Notes: generated from the letters alone by a model not told the origin. Shown: positions 27,099 to 38,669, counted from the stretch's first letter. The stretch: 64,000 nt of DNA from Chitinophaga pinensis (GCA_943372295.1 CALRYC010000005.1:64310-128309); one strand, 5' to 3'. Translations and numbers: made by a program.

Positions 27099-29171
27099 TC
27101 AAGGAAGAGAGATAATCGATCGGACGCGCCACTGCGGTCCGTAACGTACAGCATGAAAATAGGCACCTGCTGGTGCCGATTCACGGGAAAACACGCGGCC
27201 CAGAACATCGACCAGCATCTCCTGATCCGGTGTTGTTTCAAAGAACTCCGATTCGTCTCGGTAGTTACCCACGGGAACGCTGCTGATCAGCTGCGGCAGC
27301 GACCACACGCCATCGGTCGTGCTGAACACGAACCAGCCCGGCATGTGAGCGCAGGCGATCACGGGGCTCGCGGTGGGCAGTTCAGCGGGCTGCATGACCC
27401 AGCGTTCGGGACGTACCATCACGGCCGGACCCGTGCGTCCGTCCATGCCTCGGGCCCACGCAGCGGCCTCGACTCCGGCATCGTCGATAGGCGTGAGGAG
27501 CTCGATATCGGTATCGACCTCATTCCATGTGATGCCGGCGTCGCGGCTCACCATAAGCCACCGTCCAAGGTTGATGATGAGCGTGTTGTCGATATAATTC
27601 ACCGATCGCAACGTGACAAATCGTGCCGGTGCGGACTCAACAACTGTAAGGTCGAGAAAGAATGGATTTCCCTCCCTGTCGTACGCGTCTACCGAAACTC
27701 TCGCGTCCTGCTCACTTCCCGGTACACTCTGGATGTTGACCACGAAGATCGTATCGCTCACAACCGTCATTCCGGCACCGATCGCACCGGAGATGAGAAC
27801 ACGCGACAACGAGTCTGCCGGGCCTCGCACTTCGATCCCACGAGTGGTCTGCATGTAAACAAAATCACCGGATTTTACGGCACCATATCCTGGCCGCTGC
27901 TGCACGCGCCGCATATCCGGATAAGAGAAGATTCCCTGCGAGGTTGTCAGCCAGACCTCATTGCCAACTCTGCGCAGGGCTTCATGACCCGGGCTGGCAG
28001 ATCGTACATCGACGGTGTCACAGGTGGATGCTCCCGGCACAATAGTGCTCATTGCATCCGACACCCCGAGGCCTTGAACTCGAAAGTGTCCAGCCAACGT
28101 GACATTCGATCCCGAAAGCATCAGGCGAGACCCACGACTTACGCTCCCCGCTGTTGATTGATTGATGCCATAGGAGAAGTCGGGAGCATCAATCAACTTG
28201 AAGGTGTACCAGAGTGTTCCGTCCTGCCGCGACAGCAGGCAATCCGCATTGCGAGTCCAAAGGATTCTATGCGTAGAGGAGAAAAGCAGACCGTTCACCA
28301 GATACCGTTCGACGTTCTCCAGAGTTACATCGGGAGCAAACTCGATCCCACCGTTCGCTATTCGGGCTGCAGACCTTCCGTTGACACTGACATCCTGCAG
28401 TCTTTCGCTGAGAACACGCATTGGGCGAACCGTGCCTGCATGATCTATGAACGTACCCTTTGATGTCTGGTAGGCAAAGGCATCACTCTCGCCAACCTTG
28501 CCATAAATGACTTCGGGAAGCTCGGCCGTCACCCAGTCGATCGGAGTCTTTCCTGCTCCGGAGCGGATCACCTCGCAGATCGCCATACCGCTACCGAGAT
28601 CAACAGCAATGATCGAGTCGCCACACTGACGCACCCTTGTGGCCGGCCAGTTGCGTACACGGGCCATTTCAATTGATCGAATGAGCTGTCCTGACGAATC
28701 GTATGCGTCGACGACCATGGGGCGATCGGGCTCGCTGGCGCTAAAGAGCAGTATACCCCCGGCGCTGCACAGAAACTGACCCGATGCGGGTATAGCCGAA
28801 CTGTCTGACCAGATCATCGCTGATGGCTTGGATCGAAAGAGCCACCATGACGTATCCCTTTGCCCTTGCCGCTTGGCAACCACGGCAATCTGGTCGTTTG
28901 TTGCCGATACAGTATAGGCAGTTCCGCAGCGGTACAGCTCTGGTAGTGCCTGCCACTGCTGGTAGCGGTTCTGATCCGTGCCGCGATAGACCGTATTCTG
29001 GTCGATCAGCCAACGGGCTATTCCCGAGACAGCAACGGAAGTGATGCCCTGAGAGAATCCGGTGGTTACCGGAAGCCTCAAAGGCCTTTGGGCGCGCACG
29101 TCATGCGTCGGAACGAGCAACATTACTGTTGCCGCAAGGGTCCACTGGAGCATTGACACCATCGAGATCAT
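27099..29171 (-). CDS. Hypothetical secreted protein, probable beta-propeller, one Asp-box, possibly a degenerate T9SS CTD
   Basis: About 690 aa. Hydrophobic N-terminus ...MLQWTLAATVMLLVPTHDVRAQ. SRDAGITW matches the BNR/Asp-box SxDxGxTW. C-terminus MLVDVLGRVFSRESAPAGAYFHAVRYGPQWRVRSII resembles the distal half of a T9SS CTD. The TTG track start (29186) lies inside the rpoC terminator stem, so ATG 29171 is preferred. Confidence 0.55.
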   Translation of the reverse strand: MISMVSMLQWTLAATVMLLVPTHDVRAQRPLRLPVTTGFSQGITSVAVSGIARWLIDQNTVYRGTDQNRYQQWQALPELYRCGTAYTVSATNDQIAVVAKRQGQRDTSWWLFRSKPSAMIWSDSSAIPASGQFLCSAGGILLFSASEPDRPMVVDAYDSSGQLIRSIEMARVRNWPATRVRQCGDSIIAVDLGSGMAICEVIRSGAGKTPIDWVTAELPEVIYGKVGESDAFAYQTSKGTFIDHAGTVRPMRVLSERLQDVSVNGRSAARIANGGIEFAPDVTLENVERYLVNGLLFSSTHRILWTRNADCLLSRQDGTLWYTFKLIDAPDFSYGINQSTAGSVSRGSRLMLSGSNVTLAGHFRVQGLGVSDAMSTIVPGASTCDTVDVRSASPGHEALRRVGNEVWLTTSQGIFSYPDMRRVQQRPGYGAVKSGDFVYMQTTRGIEVRGPADSLSRVLISGAIGAGMTVVSDTIFVVNIQSVPGSEQDARVSVDAYDREGNPFFLDLTVVESAPARFVTLRSVNYIDNTLIINLGRWLMVSRDAGITWNEVDTDIELLTPIDDAGVEAAAWARGMDGRTGPAVMVRPERWVMQPAELPTASPVIACAHMPGWFVFSTTDGVWSLPQLISSVPVGNYRDESEFFETTPDQEMLVDVLGRVFSRESAPAGAYFHAVRYGPQWRVRSIISLP

Positions 29172-29185
29172 TGCGCAAAATGACA

Positions 29186-29215
29186 AAGGGGCGACTCGTT
29201 TCCGAATCGCCCCTT
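29186..29215 (-). terminator. Putative intrinsic terminator after rpoC
   Basis: Minus strand AAGGGGCGATTCG-GAAA-CGAGTCGCCCCTT (13-bp stem with one G.U), followed by TGTCATTTTG. Lies 24 nt past the rpoC stop. Confidence 0.5.
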
Positions 29216-29238
29216 GGGGAACTTCATGGCAGAACAGA

Positions 29239-32200
29239 TCAGTCTTGACCCAGACGAGCTGAACGGCGCACCGGCTTGCGTGGCATTACTTCTTCGGTTT
29301 CCACCTGCGGGATGATCGCATCAGGTCCAAAGATGTTGCCGACATCCGATGCAACGAGCATCGACTGGTACGCACGAAGACCCGTACCGGCAGGGATCAA
29401 CTGACCCAGGATGATGTTCTCCTTCAGACCAAGGAGCTTATCCGTCTTCGCAGCTGCCGAGGCGTCGGCTAGCACACGCGTGGTCTCTTGGAACGACGCC
29501 GCCGAAAGCCACGATTCGGTTGTGAGCGACGCCTGCGTGATACCAAGCAGAAGTGGTTCGCCAATTGCTGGCTCAGCAGTGCGGCTCTTCGCACCCTGCT
29601 TATCGCCCTTCTTCAGGTCAGCATTGATCTCGCGTACGATACGCTTATCAACGATCTGTCCGAACTTGAGCTTCGAATCGCCCGGATCGGTAACGACCAC
29701 ACACCCTTTCAGGCGGTCGTTCTCGTCGTTGAAGCGCATACGATCCACCTGGTCACCCTCTAGGAACGGAGAGTCACCTGAGTCCGTTACACGAACCTTC
29801 TGAAGCATCTGGCGGACGATAACCTCAATGTGCTTGTCATTGATCTTCACACCCTGCATACGATACACTTCCTGGATCTCATTCACCAGGTAGGCCTGCA
29901 CTTCATTGATACCCTTGATGTGCAGAATGTCGTGCGGATTGATTGCGCCTTCCGTCAAACGGTCACCGGCGCGCACAAGGTCGCCTTCCTGCACCAGAAC
30001 GTGACGTCCAATTGGCACCGAGTATTCGCGCTTGAGCTGACCGTCGAGGGATGTCGTAGCGATAACGCGCGAGCCGCGCTTAGGCTTTTCGATCGAGATG
30101 ATACCGTCGATCTCCGTAACAGCGGCAGGGGCCTGAGGCGCGCGGGCTTCAAAGAGCTCCGTAACACGTGGCAGACCGCCCGTGATGTCGCGAAGACGGC
30201 CGAGGTCACGTGGCATCTTTACGAGCTTCGAACCAACGGCCACAACTTCACCGTCATCGACCACGATCTGGGCGCGTGACGGGATGATGTACGACTGAAT
30301 CAGTGTTCCTTCGTCATCGACAATCTCAATGGCCGGGCTCTTGGTCCGGTCACGTGAATCGATCACGATCTTCGTTGTGTGGCCGGTCTGCTCGTCAATG
30401 GCCTCCTTGAACGTCAGATTCGGAACGAGGTCACGATAGCGCACAAGGCCGGCCTTTTCCGTGATGATAACGGAATTGTATGGATCCCAGTCGTAAAGTG
30501 TCTCACCCTTCTTGACCTTCTGTCCGTCTTTGACCTTCAACTCGGCACCATACACCACATCGTATTTAGTTACGACGCGGTTGGAGCCTGGCTCAACGAT
30601 GTTAATGACACCGGCACGGGAGACCACCATTTCTATATCTTCCGTTTCGCCCGGACAGCTCACTGTGCGAACAGCATCAAACTGAATGAGACCGTCGAAC
30701 TTTGCCAGCACTAGGCTCTGGCTCATCGACAGCGAGGCCGTTCCACCGGTGTGGAACGTACGGAGCGTCAGCTGCGTACCTGGCTCGCCGATCGACTGTG
30801 AAGCGATCGTACCGACGGCTTCGCCCGTATCGACAAGCTGTCCTGTTGCCATGTTGCGTCCATAGCATCGCGCGCAGACACCACGACGTGATTCACAGGT
30901 AAGGACGCTGCGGATCATCACGGATTCGATCGCGCTGAGCTCGATCGCCTCGGCAATTTCCTCATCGACCGTTTCACCCTTTTTGCAGTATACCGTCCCG
31001 TTGATCGGATCGATTACATCAACAAGAGACGTCCGGCCAAGGATGCGTTCCTTCAGCGGCTCCTTAACGTCCTCGCCGTCTTTCAGGGCTCGCATTTCGA
31101 CGCCACGGATCGTGCCGCAGTCATCTTCCGATATCACAACATCCTGCGCAACGTCATGCAGACGACGCGTCAGATAACCGGCGTCGGCTGTCTTCAATGC
31201 GGTATCGGCCAGACCCTTACGTGCACCGTGTGTCGAGATGAAATACTCAAGGATCGTAAGGCCTTCCTTGAAGTTGGAAATGATCGGGTTCTCGATCAGC
31301 TCGGCTGAAGATGCTGCCGCGGTCTTCTGTGGCTTGGCCATCAGACCGCGCATACCTGCAAGCTGACGGATCTGCTCCTTGGAGCCCCGTGCCTGCGAAT
31401 CGAGCATCATGAAGAACGTGTTAAAACCATCCCTATTCGAGGCAAGCTCATTGTAGAGCTTATCCGCCACACGGTTCGTCGCCGTCGACCAGGTGTCGAT
31501 GATCTTGTTGTAGCGTTCGCCTTCGGTGATGACACCGGAGTGATAATAGTCTTCGATCTTGTCGACTTCCTTTTGGGCACGATCGATGATGTTGACCTTC
31601 TCAGCCGGTACAACCACGTCGGCGATCGATACCGACAGACCGCCGCGCGTTGCCGTCATAAAGCCGGTTTCCTTGAGCTTATCAAGAAACTCTACGGTCT
31701 TTGCAAGACCAGCCTTGCGGAAACAGTCAGCGATAACCTGGCGCAGACGCTTCTTACCAAGCATCTCATTCATGTAGCCAAGCTCAAACGGAACGATCTT
31801 ATTGAACAGAACACGTCCGGCTGTGGTCTCCACCAGTTTACCGCCGATACGGACCTTGATCTTGGCATGCTGAGCAATGCGACCGGAGTTGTACCCGATC
31901 ACCACTTCGTCCTCACTCGAGAAGATCTTGCCCTCGCCCTTTACGCCATTACGAGCCTTCGTGAGGTAATACACGCCAAGAACCATGTCTTGGGACGGAA
32001 CGGCAATCGGTTCGCCGTTCTGTGTGTGCATGATGTTGTGCGCCGAAAGGATCAGAAGAAGAGCCTCGAGTTGTGCTTCATGACTCAGCGGCACGTGCAC
32101 GGCCATCTGATCACCGTCGAAGTCAGCGTTGAATGCGGTCGTCACCAGTGGGTGCAGCTGGATGGCCTTGCCTTCAATGAGCTTCGGTTGGAAGGCCTGG

Positions 32201-33522
32201 ATACCCAGACGGTGGAGTGTCGGGGCGCGGTTCAGAAGCACCGGATGACCGTCGATCACCGTATCGAGAATGTCCCACACCTCGGTTGTTTTCTTTTCAA
32301 CCTGCTTCTTGGCACTCTTAACGGTCTTACAGTGTCCGCGCTCTATCAGTTTACGGATGATAAGGGGCTTAAACAGCTCAACGGCCATGTCCTTTGGAAG
32401 ACCGCACTCATAGAGCTTCAATTCCGGGCCCACCACGATAACCGAACGGCCGGAGTAATCAACGCGCTTGCCAAGCAGGTTCTGACGGAAGCGTCCTGTT
32501 TTGCCCTTGAGAGTATCGGCCAGTGACTTCAGCGCCCGCTGCGACTCACTTCGGACGGCACGACGCGAGTTATCGAACAGCGCGTCGACCGATTCCTGGA
32601 GCATGCGCTTCTCATTCCGCAGGATCACCTCAGGAGCCTTGATATCGATCAGGCGCTTGAGGCGGTTGTTGCGGATGATGACTCGACGATACAGATCGTT
32701 CAGATCAGACGTAGCAAAACGGCCACCTTCGAGAGGCACAAGCGGACGCAGATCCGGCGGGATGACAGGAATGATGTCGAGGACCATCCACTCGGGACGG
32801 TTTGGCTCCTTGTGCTCGGCAGTGCGGAATGCGTCAAGAATACGCAGCCGCTTGAGCACATCGGCCTTCTTTGCCTGCGACATATCCTCGCGAGCCGTTT
32901 CACGCAACTTGAAATAGTCCTCGTCTGCGTCAACGCGGCGCAGAAGCTCCTTGACAGCCTCACCACCGATGAGGGCGATGAACTTGCGTGGATCTTCGTC
33001 GTCCATGTTGCGCTCTTCGGGACGCAGACTTGCCAGAACCTCGAGGTACTGCTCCTCTGTCAGAAGGTCTTTCTTTTGAAGACCCGTCGATCCGGGCTGC
33101 ACCACGACATACGATTCGTAGTACACGATGCGCTCGACGTCTTTTGTCGGCATACCGATCACACCGGAGATCTTGCTCGGAAGCGAACGAAGAAACCAGA
33201 TGTGAACGACCGGTACGGCGAGCATGATATGCCCCATGCGCTCGCGGCGCACGCTCTTCTGCGTTACCTCCACGCCACAACGGTCACAGACGATACCCTT
33301 GTATCGAATGCGCTTATACTTTCCGCATGCGCATTCCCAATCACGGATCGGACCGAATATCTTCTCGCAGAACAGACCGTCCTTTTCCGGACGGAACGAG
33401 CGATAATTGATCGTCTCAGGCTTGGTAACCTCGCCGTGTGAGCGATTTAGAATGTCATCCGGTGATGAAATGCGGATCGTGATCGAACCGTAACCGCGTT
33501 TCGGGATGTTTTGGAACTGCAT
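29239..33522 (-). CDS. rpoC: DNA-directed RNA polymerase subunit beta'
   Basis: 1427 aa. Zn-finger [23 protein letters not shown], catalytic [12 protein letters not shown]. Confidence 0.98.
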   Translation of the reverse strand: MQFQNIPKRGYGSITIRISSPDDILNRSHGEVTKPETINYRSFRPEKDGLFCEKIFGPIRDWECACGKYKRIRYKGIVCDRCGVEVTQKSVRRERMGHIMLAVPVVHIWFLRSLPSKISGVIGMPTKDVERIVYYESYVVVQPGSTGLQKKDLLTEEQYLEVLASLRPEERNMDDEDPRKFIALIGGEAVKELLRRVDADEDYFKLRETAREDMSQAKKADVLKRLRILDAFRTAEHKEPNRPEWMVLDIIPVIPPDLRPLVPLEGGRFATSDLNDLYRRVIIRNNRLKRLIDIKAPEVILRNEKRMLQESVDALFDNSRRAVRSESQRALKSLADTLKGKTGRFRQNLLGKRVDYSGRSVIVVGPELKLYECGLPKDMAVELFKPLIIRKLIERGHCKTVKSAKKQVEKKTTEVWDILDTVIDGHPVLLNRAPTLHRLGIQAFQPKLIEGKAIQLHPLVTTAFNADFDGDQMAVHVPLSHEAQLEALLLILSAHNIMHTQNGEPIAVPSQDMVLGVYYLTKARNGVKGEGKIFSSEDEVVIGYNSGRIAQHAKIKVRIGGKLVETTAGRVLFNKIVPFELGYMNEMLGKKRLRQVIADCFRKAGLAKTVEFLDKLKETGFMTATRGGLSVSIADVVVPAEKVNIIDRAQKEVDKIEDYYHSGVITEGERYNKIIDTWSTATNRVADKLYNELASNRDGFNTFFMMLDSQARGSKEQIRQLAGMRGLMAKPQKTAAASSAELIENPIISNFKEGLTILEYFISTHGARKGLADTALKTADAGYLTRRLHDVAQDVVISEDDCGTIRGVEMRALKDGEDVKEPLKERILGRTSLVDVIDPINGTVYCKKGETVDEEIAEAIELSAIESVMIRSVLTCESRRGVCARCYGRNMATGQLVDTGEAVGTIASQSIGEPGTQLTLRTFHTGGTASLSMSQSLVLAKFDGLIQFDAVRTVSCPGETEDIEMVVSRAGVINIVEPGSNRVVTKYDVVYGAELKVKDGQKVKKGETLYDWDPYNSVIITEKAGLVRYRDLVPNLTFKEAIDEQTGHTTKIVIDSRDRTKSPAIEIVDDEGTLIQSYIIPSRAQIVVDDGEVVAVGSKLVKMPRDLGRLRDITGGLPRVTELFEARAPQAPAAVTEIDGIISIEKPKRGSRVIATTSLDGQLKREYSVPIGRHVLVQEGDLVRAGDRLTEGAINPHDILHIKGINEVQAYLVNEIQEVYRMQGVKINDKHIEVIVRQMLQKVRVTDSGDSPFLEGDQVDRMRFNDENDRLKGCVVVTDPGDSKLKFGQIVDKRIVREINADLKKGDKQGAKSRTAEPAIGEPLLLGITQASLTTESWLSAASFQETTRVLADASAAAKTDKLLGLKENIILGQLIPAGTGLRAYQSMLVASDVGNIFGPDAIIPQVETEEVMPRKPVRRSARLGQD

Positions 33523-33579
33523 CGTGACTCCGAGCGAAAATTCCTTGGTTGACGAAAAAGTAAACAGTGAACGTCAGGC

Positions 33580-36500
33580 TCAGTCCAGCTTGACATCCAG
33601 ACAGAGACCCTGCAATTCACGGACGAGAACGTTGAACGACTCGGGGATTCCCGGTGTCGGCAGATTCTCACCCTTAACGAGTGTCTCATACATCTTGGCC
33701 CGACCCTGCACGTCGTCTGACTTGAGCGTCAGCATTTCCTGCAGAGTGTGGGCGGCGCCGTAGGCCTCAAGCGCCCAGACTTCCATCTCCCCGAGACGCT
33801 GACCACCGAATTGGGCCTTACCGCCAAGGGGCTGCTGCGTTATCAGCGAGTATGGTCCGATCGAGCGCGCGTGGATCTTGTCCTCAACAAGGTGAGAAAG
33901 CTTCATCATGTAGATGATGCCAACCGTGACCTCGTTCTCGAAGGCTTCACCTGAGCGGCCGTCATAGAGAACCGTCTTGCCTGTACGCGGTAGACCGGCC
34001 TTTTCAAGGTAATCTCCAACCTGGTCCCATGAAGCCCCGTCGAAGATCGGTGTTGCGAAGTGGATACCGAGTTCACGTCCGGCCCAACCGAGGGCGGTTT
34101 CGTAAAGCTGACCCAGATTCATACGGGAAGGAACGCCCAGCGGGTTGAGAACGAGGTCAACCGGACGGCCGTTCGGCAGGAATGGCATGTCTTCCAGAGG
34201 TACGATCTTCGACACGATACCCTTATTACCGTGACGTCCGGCCATCTTGTCACCAACCTGAAGCTTGCGCTTCTTGGCAACGTAGACCTTGGCCATCTGC
34301 TGGATACCCGGTTGCAGTTCGTCTCCGGCGGCAATCTTATTACGCTCGATGCGCGCATCAAGAATGATGGTGTTACGGCGCGTTTCGAAATTCTCCATGA
34401 GCGTGCTTACAAGCTTCATGGTCTTCTTGTCTGCCACCCAGTCCTGTTCCATGCTAGTGTTTGACGGGAGGAAAGATCCCGACTCAAACTTCGCAAGCAT
34501 GTCCTTGGCTGAGAACTTAGCTCCGCTGCGGAAGATCATCGTATCGTTGGTAGACCGCACGCCGATGGATGTTTCACCCTCAAGAAGCTGACCAAGTCGC
34601 TCGATACAATCGATGTCCAGAGCACGCAGTGCCTGGTTTTCTCGACGTGTGATAAGATCCTGACGCTTCTTTTCTTCGAGACGGAACTCGCTGTCGCTCG
34701 TCAGAACGCGGCGTGCAAAAAGCTTGGTATTGATCACCGTCCCCTTGAGTCCTGGAGGTGCCTTTAGCGACACATCCTTGACGTCACCGGCCTTGTCTCC
34801 GAAGATCGCGCGCAGAAGCTTTTCTTCCGGCGTTGGGTCGGTCTCTCCCTTTGGCGTGATCTTGCCGATAAGGATATCTCCCTCGCGGATCTTGGCACCA
34901 ATGCGAACAATGCCACGCTCGTCAAGATCTTTCGTTGCTTCCTCGCTAACGTTCGGGATTTCGCGCGTAAACTCTTCTTCACCGCGCTTTGTGTCACGAA
35001 CCTGAAGCGTGTATTCCTCGATGTGGATCGACGTGAAAACGTCTTCGGCAACCATGCGCTCACTCAGCACAATGGCATCTTCGAAGTTGTACCCACGCCA
35101 TGGCATGAATGCGACCATTACGTTACGACCGAGGGCCAGTTCACCCATCTCTGTCGAAGCGCCGTCAATGATGGGCTGGCCCTTCTTGACTCGCTGACCA
35201 ACCGCCACAATCGGCATATGGTTGATACTGGTATCCTGGTTCGTGCGGTAGAATTTCTGAAGATGGTACGTAACGGTGCGGTCGCCGTCGAACGAAATGA
35301 GCTTCTCGTCGGCGTTTCTCTTATCGTCATAGACGATGCGTACAAAGTCGGCGCACACATAATCCACCACACCGTCATCTTCGGCCAGCACCAGTGCACG
35401 CGAGTCGCGCGCTACACGTGCTTCCATGCCCGTGCCCACAATAGGGGCCTCAGGGCGCAGGAGCGGCACGCCCTGGCGTTGCATGTTTGAACCCATGAGT
35501 GCACGGTTAGCATCATCATGCTCAAGGAACGGGATCAGAGATGCTGCCGGAGAGGTGATCTGATCGGTGCTGACCTCCATGTAGTTGACCTCTGTCGGTG
35601 CAACCACTTTGTAGTCACCACTAACGCGCGCCTTGACGGTGTCACCGAGAATACGACCCTCTGCATCCGTTGCCGTCGATGCAGGGATGATGATCAACCC
35701 TTCCTCCTTATCAGCCGGAAGGAACTCGACTTGATCTGTCGCAACGCCGTTGACGACCTTGTGATATGGCGTTTCGATAAATCCGAACTTGTTTACGCGC
35801 GCATGAATGGCCAACGAAGAGATCAGACCGATGTTCGGACCTTCAGGTGTTTCGATCGGACACAGCCGACCATAGTGCGTGTAGTGAACGTCACGAACTT
35901 CGAATCCGGCGCGTTCACGCGTAAGACCACCAGGTCCGAGTGCCGAGGTACGACGCTTGTGCGTGATCTCGGACAGCGGATTGGTCTGGTCCATGAACTG
36001 CGACAGCTGGTTGGTGCCGAAGAACTGGTTGATAACGCTGGTGATCGTACGGGCATTGACGAGTTCGCTCGGCGTCACGTTCTCACTGTCACGCACCGAG
36101 AGGCGCTCCTTGATCGTGCGAGCCATGCGTGTCAGACCTAGGTTGAAGGTCGACTCGAGCTGCTCACCGACGGTACGGACGCGCCGATTCGAAAGGTGGT
36201 CGATATCATCAACGGGCACCTTGGCATCACGCACATCGATCAGGTACTTCACGATGGCAACTATGTCATCTACCGTGAGCGTCGTCACATCAAGTGGCAC
36301 CGTCATGGCTAGCTTTTCGTTGATCCGATAGCGTCCGACGATACCGAGATCATAGCGCTTCGGATTGAAGAACAGCTTCTCGAGAAGACCCCACGCCGTA
36401 TCTAGATCCGGTGGGTCGGACGAGCGCAGCTGACGATAGATCGTCTCCAGTGCGTCTTCACGCGTACGAGCTGTGTCCTTGGCAAGAGTCTTTGCAATGA

Positions 36501-37407
36501 TCGGCTCGTCGTTCGGGCTCTCATACTTGAAGATTCGGATCGATTCCACATCGGAGTCACGCAGAGCCGCGAGCAATGTCTCATCCAGCACAAGATCACG
36601 CTGCGCAATGATCTCACCAGTGCTCATGTCTACGGCGTCAGCGGCGATTCGACGTCCCAGGTGCTCGTCGTTTAGCTTCTTCACCGAAACTTCGGCAGAG
36701 AGGTCAAAGAGGTTCAGAAGATCTTCATCGCTGGAGTATCCCAGTGCGCGCAGAAGTGTTGTCACCGGGAACTTCTTCTTACGATCGATGTAAGCATACA
36801 TCACATCGTGAATATCCGTCGTGAACTCAACCCACGATCCCTTGAACGGGATGATGCGTGCCGAGAAGATCTTGGTACCGTTCGGGTGGATTGCTTCATC
36901 AAAGAAACATCCAGGTGAACGGTGAAGCTGCGCAACGATCACCCGCTCTGCACCATTAATGATGAATGTGCCACGTGGTGTCATCGCAGGAATCTGACCG
37001 AGGTACACTTCCTGGTCAATGGCTTCAATGTAGTCTTCTGAAGACCGATCGGCCTTCGACGACAGTCGAAGCTTGGCTTTCAGCGTCTTGGCAAACGTCA
37101 GTTCACGTTCACGACACTCCTCCTCGGAGTACTTCGGCTTCTCGATGATGTACTCGAGAAAACTCAGCTCGTAGACTCCCGAATTATCTTCGATGGGGAA
37201 GTTGCTTTCGAAAGCTCGTTGCAGTCCTGTGAAGCGTCTGTCGGCTATACCGACATCTTCCTGCAGAAAATCATGGAAGGAATCGATCTGGATTCCCAAA
37301 AGATCTGGGTACGTAGACTCAGATTCGATTTTTCCGAACGACACTCGTTCACGTACCCGTTGCAGCGGTAGCTGATACAAGGCTGTTTCTGTGCTCAGAC
37401 CATTCAT
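33580..37407 (-). CDS. rpoB: DNA-directed RNA polymerase subunit beta
   Basis: 1275 aa from ATG 37407 (the track start at 37428 is TTG). Conserved blocks GRHGNKGIVSKI, NPLGVPSRMNLGQ, GGQRLGEMEVWALEAYGAA. Confidence 0.98.
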   Translation of the reverse strand: MNGLSTETALYQLPLQRVRERVSFGKIESESTYPDLLGIQIDSFHDFLQEDVGIADRRFTGLQRAFESNFPIEDNSGVYELSFLEYIIEKPKYSEEECRERELTFAKTLKAKLRLSSKADRSSEDYIEAIDQEVYLGQIPAMTPRGTFIINGAERVIVAQLHRSPGCFFDEAIHPNGTKIFSARIIPFKGSWVEFTTDIHDVMYAYIDRKKKFPVTTLLRALGYSSDEDLLNLFDLSAEVSVKKLNDEHLGRRIAADAVDMSTGEIIAQRDLVLDETLLAALRDSDVESIRIFKYESPNDEPIIAKTLAKDTARTREDALETIYRQLRSSDPPDLDTAWGLLEKLFFNPKRYDLGIVGRYRINEKLAMTVPLDVTTLTVDDIVAIVKYLIDVRDAKVPVDDIDHLSNRRVRTVGEQLESTFNLGLTRMARTIKERLSVRDSENVTPSELVNARTITSVINQFFGTNQLSQFMDQTNPLSEITHKRRTSALGPGGLTRERAGFEVRDVHYTHYGRLCPIETPEGPNIGLISSLAIHARVNKFGFIETPYHKVVNGVATDQVEFLPADKEEGLIIIPASTATDAEGRILGDTVKARVSGDYKVVAPTEVNYMEVSTDQITSPAASLIPFLEHDDANRALMGSNMQRQGVPLLRPEAPIVGTGMEARVARDSRALVLAEDDGVVDYVCADFVRIVYDDKRNADEKLISFDGDRTVTYHLQKFYRTNQDTSINHMPIVAVGQRVKKGQPIIDGASTEMGELALGRNVMVAFMPWRGYNFEDAIVLSERMVAEDVFTSIHIEEYTLQVRDTKRGEEEFTREIPNVSEEATKDLDERGIVRIGAKIREGDILIGKITPKGETDPTPEEKLLRAIFGDKAGDVKDVSLKAPPGLKGTVINTKLFARRVLTSDSEFRLEEKKRQDLITRRENQALRALDIDCIERLGQLLEGETSIGVRSTNDTMIFRSGAKFSAKDMLAKFESGSFLPSNTSMEQDWVADKKTMKLVSTLMENFETRRNTIILDARIERNKIAAGDELQPGIQQMAKVYVAKKRKLQVGDKMAGRHGNKGIVSKIVPLEDMPFLPNGRPVDLVLNPLGVPSRMNLGQLYETALGWAGRELGIHFATPIFDGASWDQVGDYLEKAGLPRTGKTVLYDGRSGEAFENEVTVGIIYMMKLSHLVEDKIHARSIGPYSLITQQPLGGKAQFGGQRLGEMEVWALEAYGAAHTLQEMLTLKSDDVQGRAKMYETLVKGENLPTPGIPESFNVLVRELQGLCLDVKLD

Positions 37408-37533
37408 GGAGATAGCTCCTGACGGCAAGTAAAAAGTTCAGTTTCGTTCTGATGATCGAAATGATGCCACTGTAGTATCTGTTTCAACCGTCAGAACGCC
37501 CCCTCTGTAAGGGGCTTTCTATTTACGACAACA

Positions 37534-37561
37534 CCCGAGACGGCATTCCTGCCATCTCGGG
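37534..37561 (-). terminator. rplL-rpoB intergenic hairpin (candidate partial terminator/attenuator)
   Basis: Minus strand CCCGAGATGGCA-GGAA-TGCCGTCTCGGG (12-bp stem with one G.U), 23 nt past the rplL stop, followed by TGTTGTCG (weak U-tract). Its position matches the classical attenuator between rplL and rpoB. Confidence 0.4.
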
Positions 37562-37583
37562 GCTGTGTTACTGCGCGATATGA

Positions 37584-37964
37584 TTACTTGAGCGTGACCT
37601 TCGCACCGGCTTCTTCAAGCTTCTTCTTGAGAGCGTCGGCGTCGGCCTTGGGAATACCTTCCTTGACAAGCTTCGGTGCGCCTTCGACCAGATCCTTGGC
37701 TTCCTTGAGGCCAAGACCCGTTACTTCGCGAACAACCTTGATGACGTTGAGCTTCTGAGCTCCGCCTTCGGTGAGTTCGACGTCGAATTCTGTCTTCTCT
37801 TCGGCGGCGGCAGCTGGGGCAGCACCCGCAGCTAAACCGGCGACCATCACCGGAGCAGCGGCCGATACACCAAACTTTTCTTCAAGGGCCTTCTTAAGAT
37901 CAGATGCCTCAACGAGGGTGAGGTTCCCGATCTTCTCAACGAGTTCTTCAACGATTGCTGACAT
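37584..37964 (-). CDS. rplL: 50S ribosomal protein L7/L12
   Basis: 126 aa. Ala-rich hinge [16 protein letters not shown], then [19 protein letters not shown]. Confidence 0.97.
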   Translation of the reverse strand: MSAIVEELVEKIGNLTLVEASDLKKALEEKFGVSAAAPVMVAGLAAGAAPAAAAEEKTEFDVELTEGGAQKLNVIKVVREVTGLGLKEAKDLVEGAPKLVKEGIPKADADALKKKLEEAGAKVTLK

Positions 37965-38051
37965 TGGATTTCTCCACGAATGAATGATGAATGTTCCTTG
38001 TTTGACAGATGGTGACGGGCGCTAAACACCACGTCACACTTCGGCATGCCC

Positions 38052-38576
38052 TTAAGCAGCCTTCTTCTTGGCGACTTCTTCAATGATCGATGCGACGTCC
38101 CGCATGACGGCATTCAGGCTGCCAACGATGCCCGTGATCGGGGCGTTGATGCTGCCAAGTATGCCTGCAATAAGCTCCTCGCGCGTCGGAAGTTCCGATA
38201 CCTGCTTGAGCTGTGAAGGACCGAAGTACATGCCTTCGACGACCGCCACCTTGAGACGAGGCTTTTCAAGCTTCTCAAAGTGCTGGCGGATCACCTTCGC
38301 AGGAGCAACTGGATCGCTCGCTCCGAGAATCATCGCCGTCTGACCGGCCAGCTGCTTGTCTTCGATCTCGTAGCCACCGACCTCAGCAAGAGCACGCAGA
38401 AGAAGGGTGTTCTTGGCAACCCTCATCGTAACGCCCTTTGCGCGCAGGTCTCGGCGAAACGCCTGGTCCTGTGCTACTGTCAAGCCGGTGAAATCCACGA
38501 AATACAGACTCGAAGCACCGCGGATCAACTCCGCAAGCTCAGCGACGACTGCCTGCTTTTGTTCTTTCGTGATCAT
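38052..38576 (-). CDS. rplJ: 50S ribosomal protein L10
   Basis: 174 aa. MITKEQKQAVVAELAELIRGASSLYFVDFTGLTV... Position between rplA and rplL. Confidence 0.97.
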   Translation of the reverse strand: MITKEQKQAVVAELAELIRGASSLYFVDFTGLTVAQDQAFRRDLRAKGVTMRVAKNTLLLRALAEVGGYEIEDKQLAGQTAMILGASDPVAPAKVIRQHFEKLEKPRLKVAVVEGMYFGPSQLKQVSELPTREELIAGILGSINAPITGIVGSLNAVMRDVASIIEEVAKKKAA

Positions 38577-38669
38577 AACCTTGTTTATTGTTAGAGTCGC
38601 CGATCCGTCAACCTGTCGAAGACAGCGTTAGAAGCGTGACGGACCGACTGTTGCGTAATAGTTTCAGAG
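38577..38669 (-). promoter_or_regulatory. Structured rplJ 5' leader (candidate L10 autoregulatory leader)
   Basis: 93-nt spacer containing nested helices on the minus strand: TCCGTCA...TGACGGA enclosing CTGTC-TTCG-GACAG. The position is equivalent to known L10-leader elements. Structure was only eyeballed. Confidence 0.3.

Noticed and set aside
27153-28157. 334-aa plus-strand ORF
   Set aside because: It is antisense to the 27099..29171 gene. The product is Arg/His-rich with no signal or motifs. The minus-strand frame has a signal peptide, an Asp-box and operon context.
31540-32526. 328-aa plus-strand ORF, and several other 60-210-aa ORFs across 29400..37400
   Set aside because: All are antisense to rpoC/rpoB and have low-complexity products.
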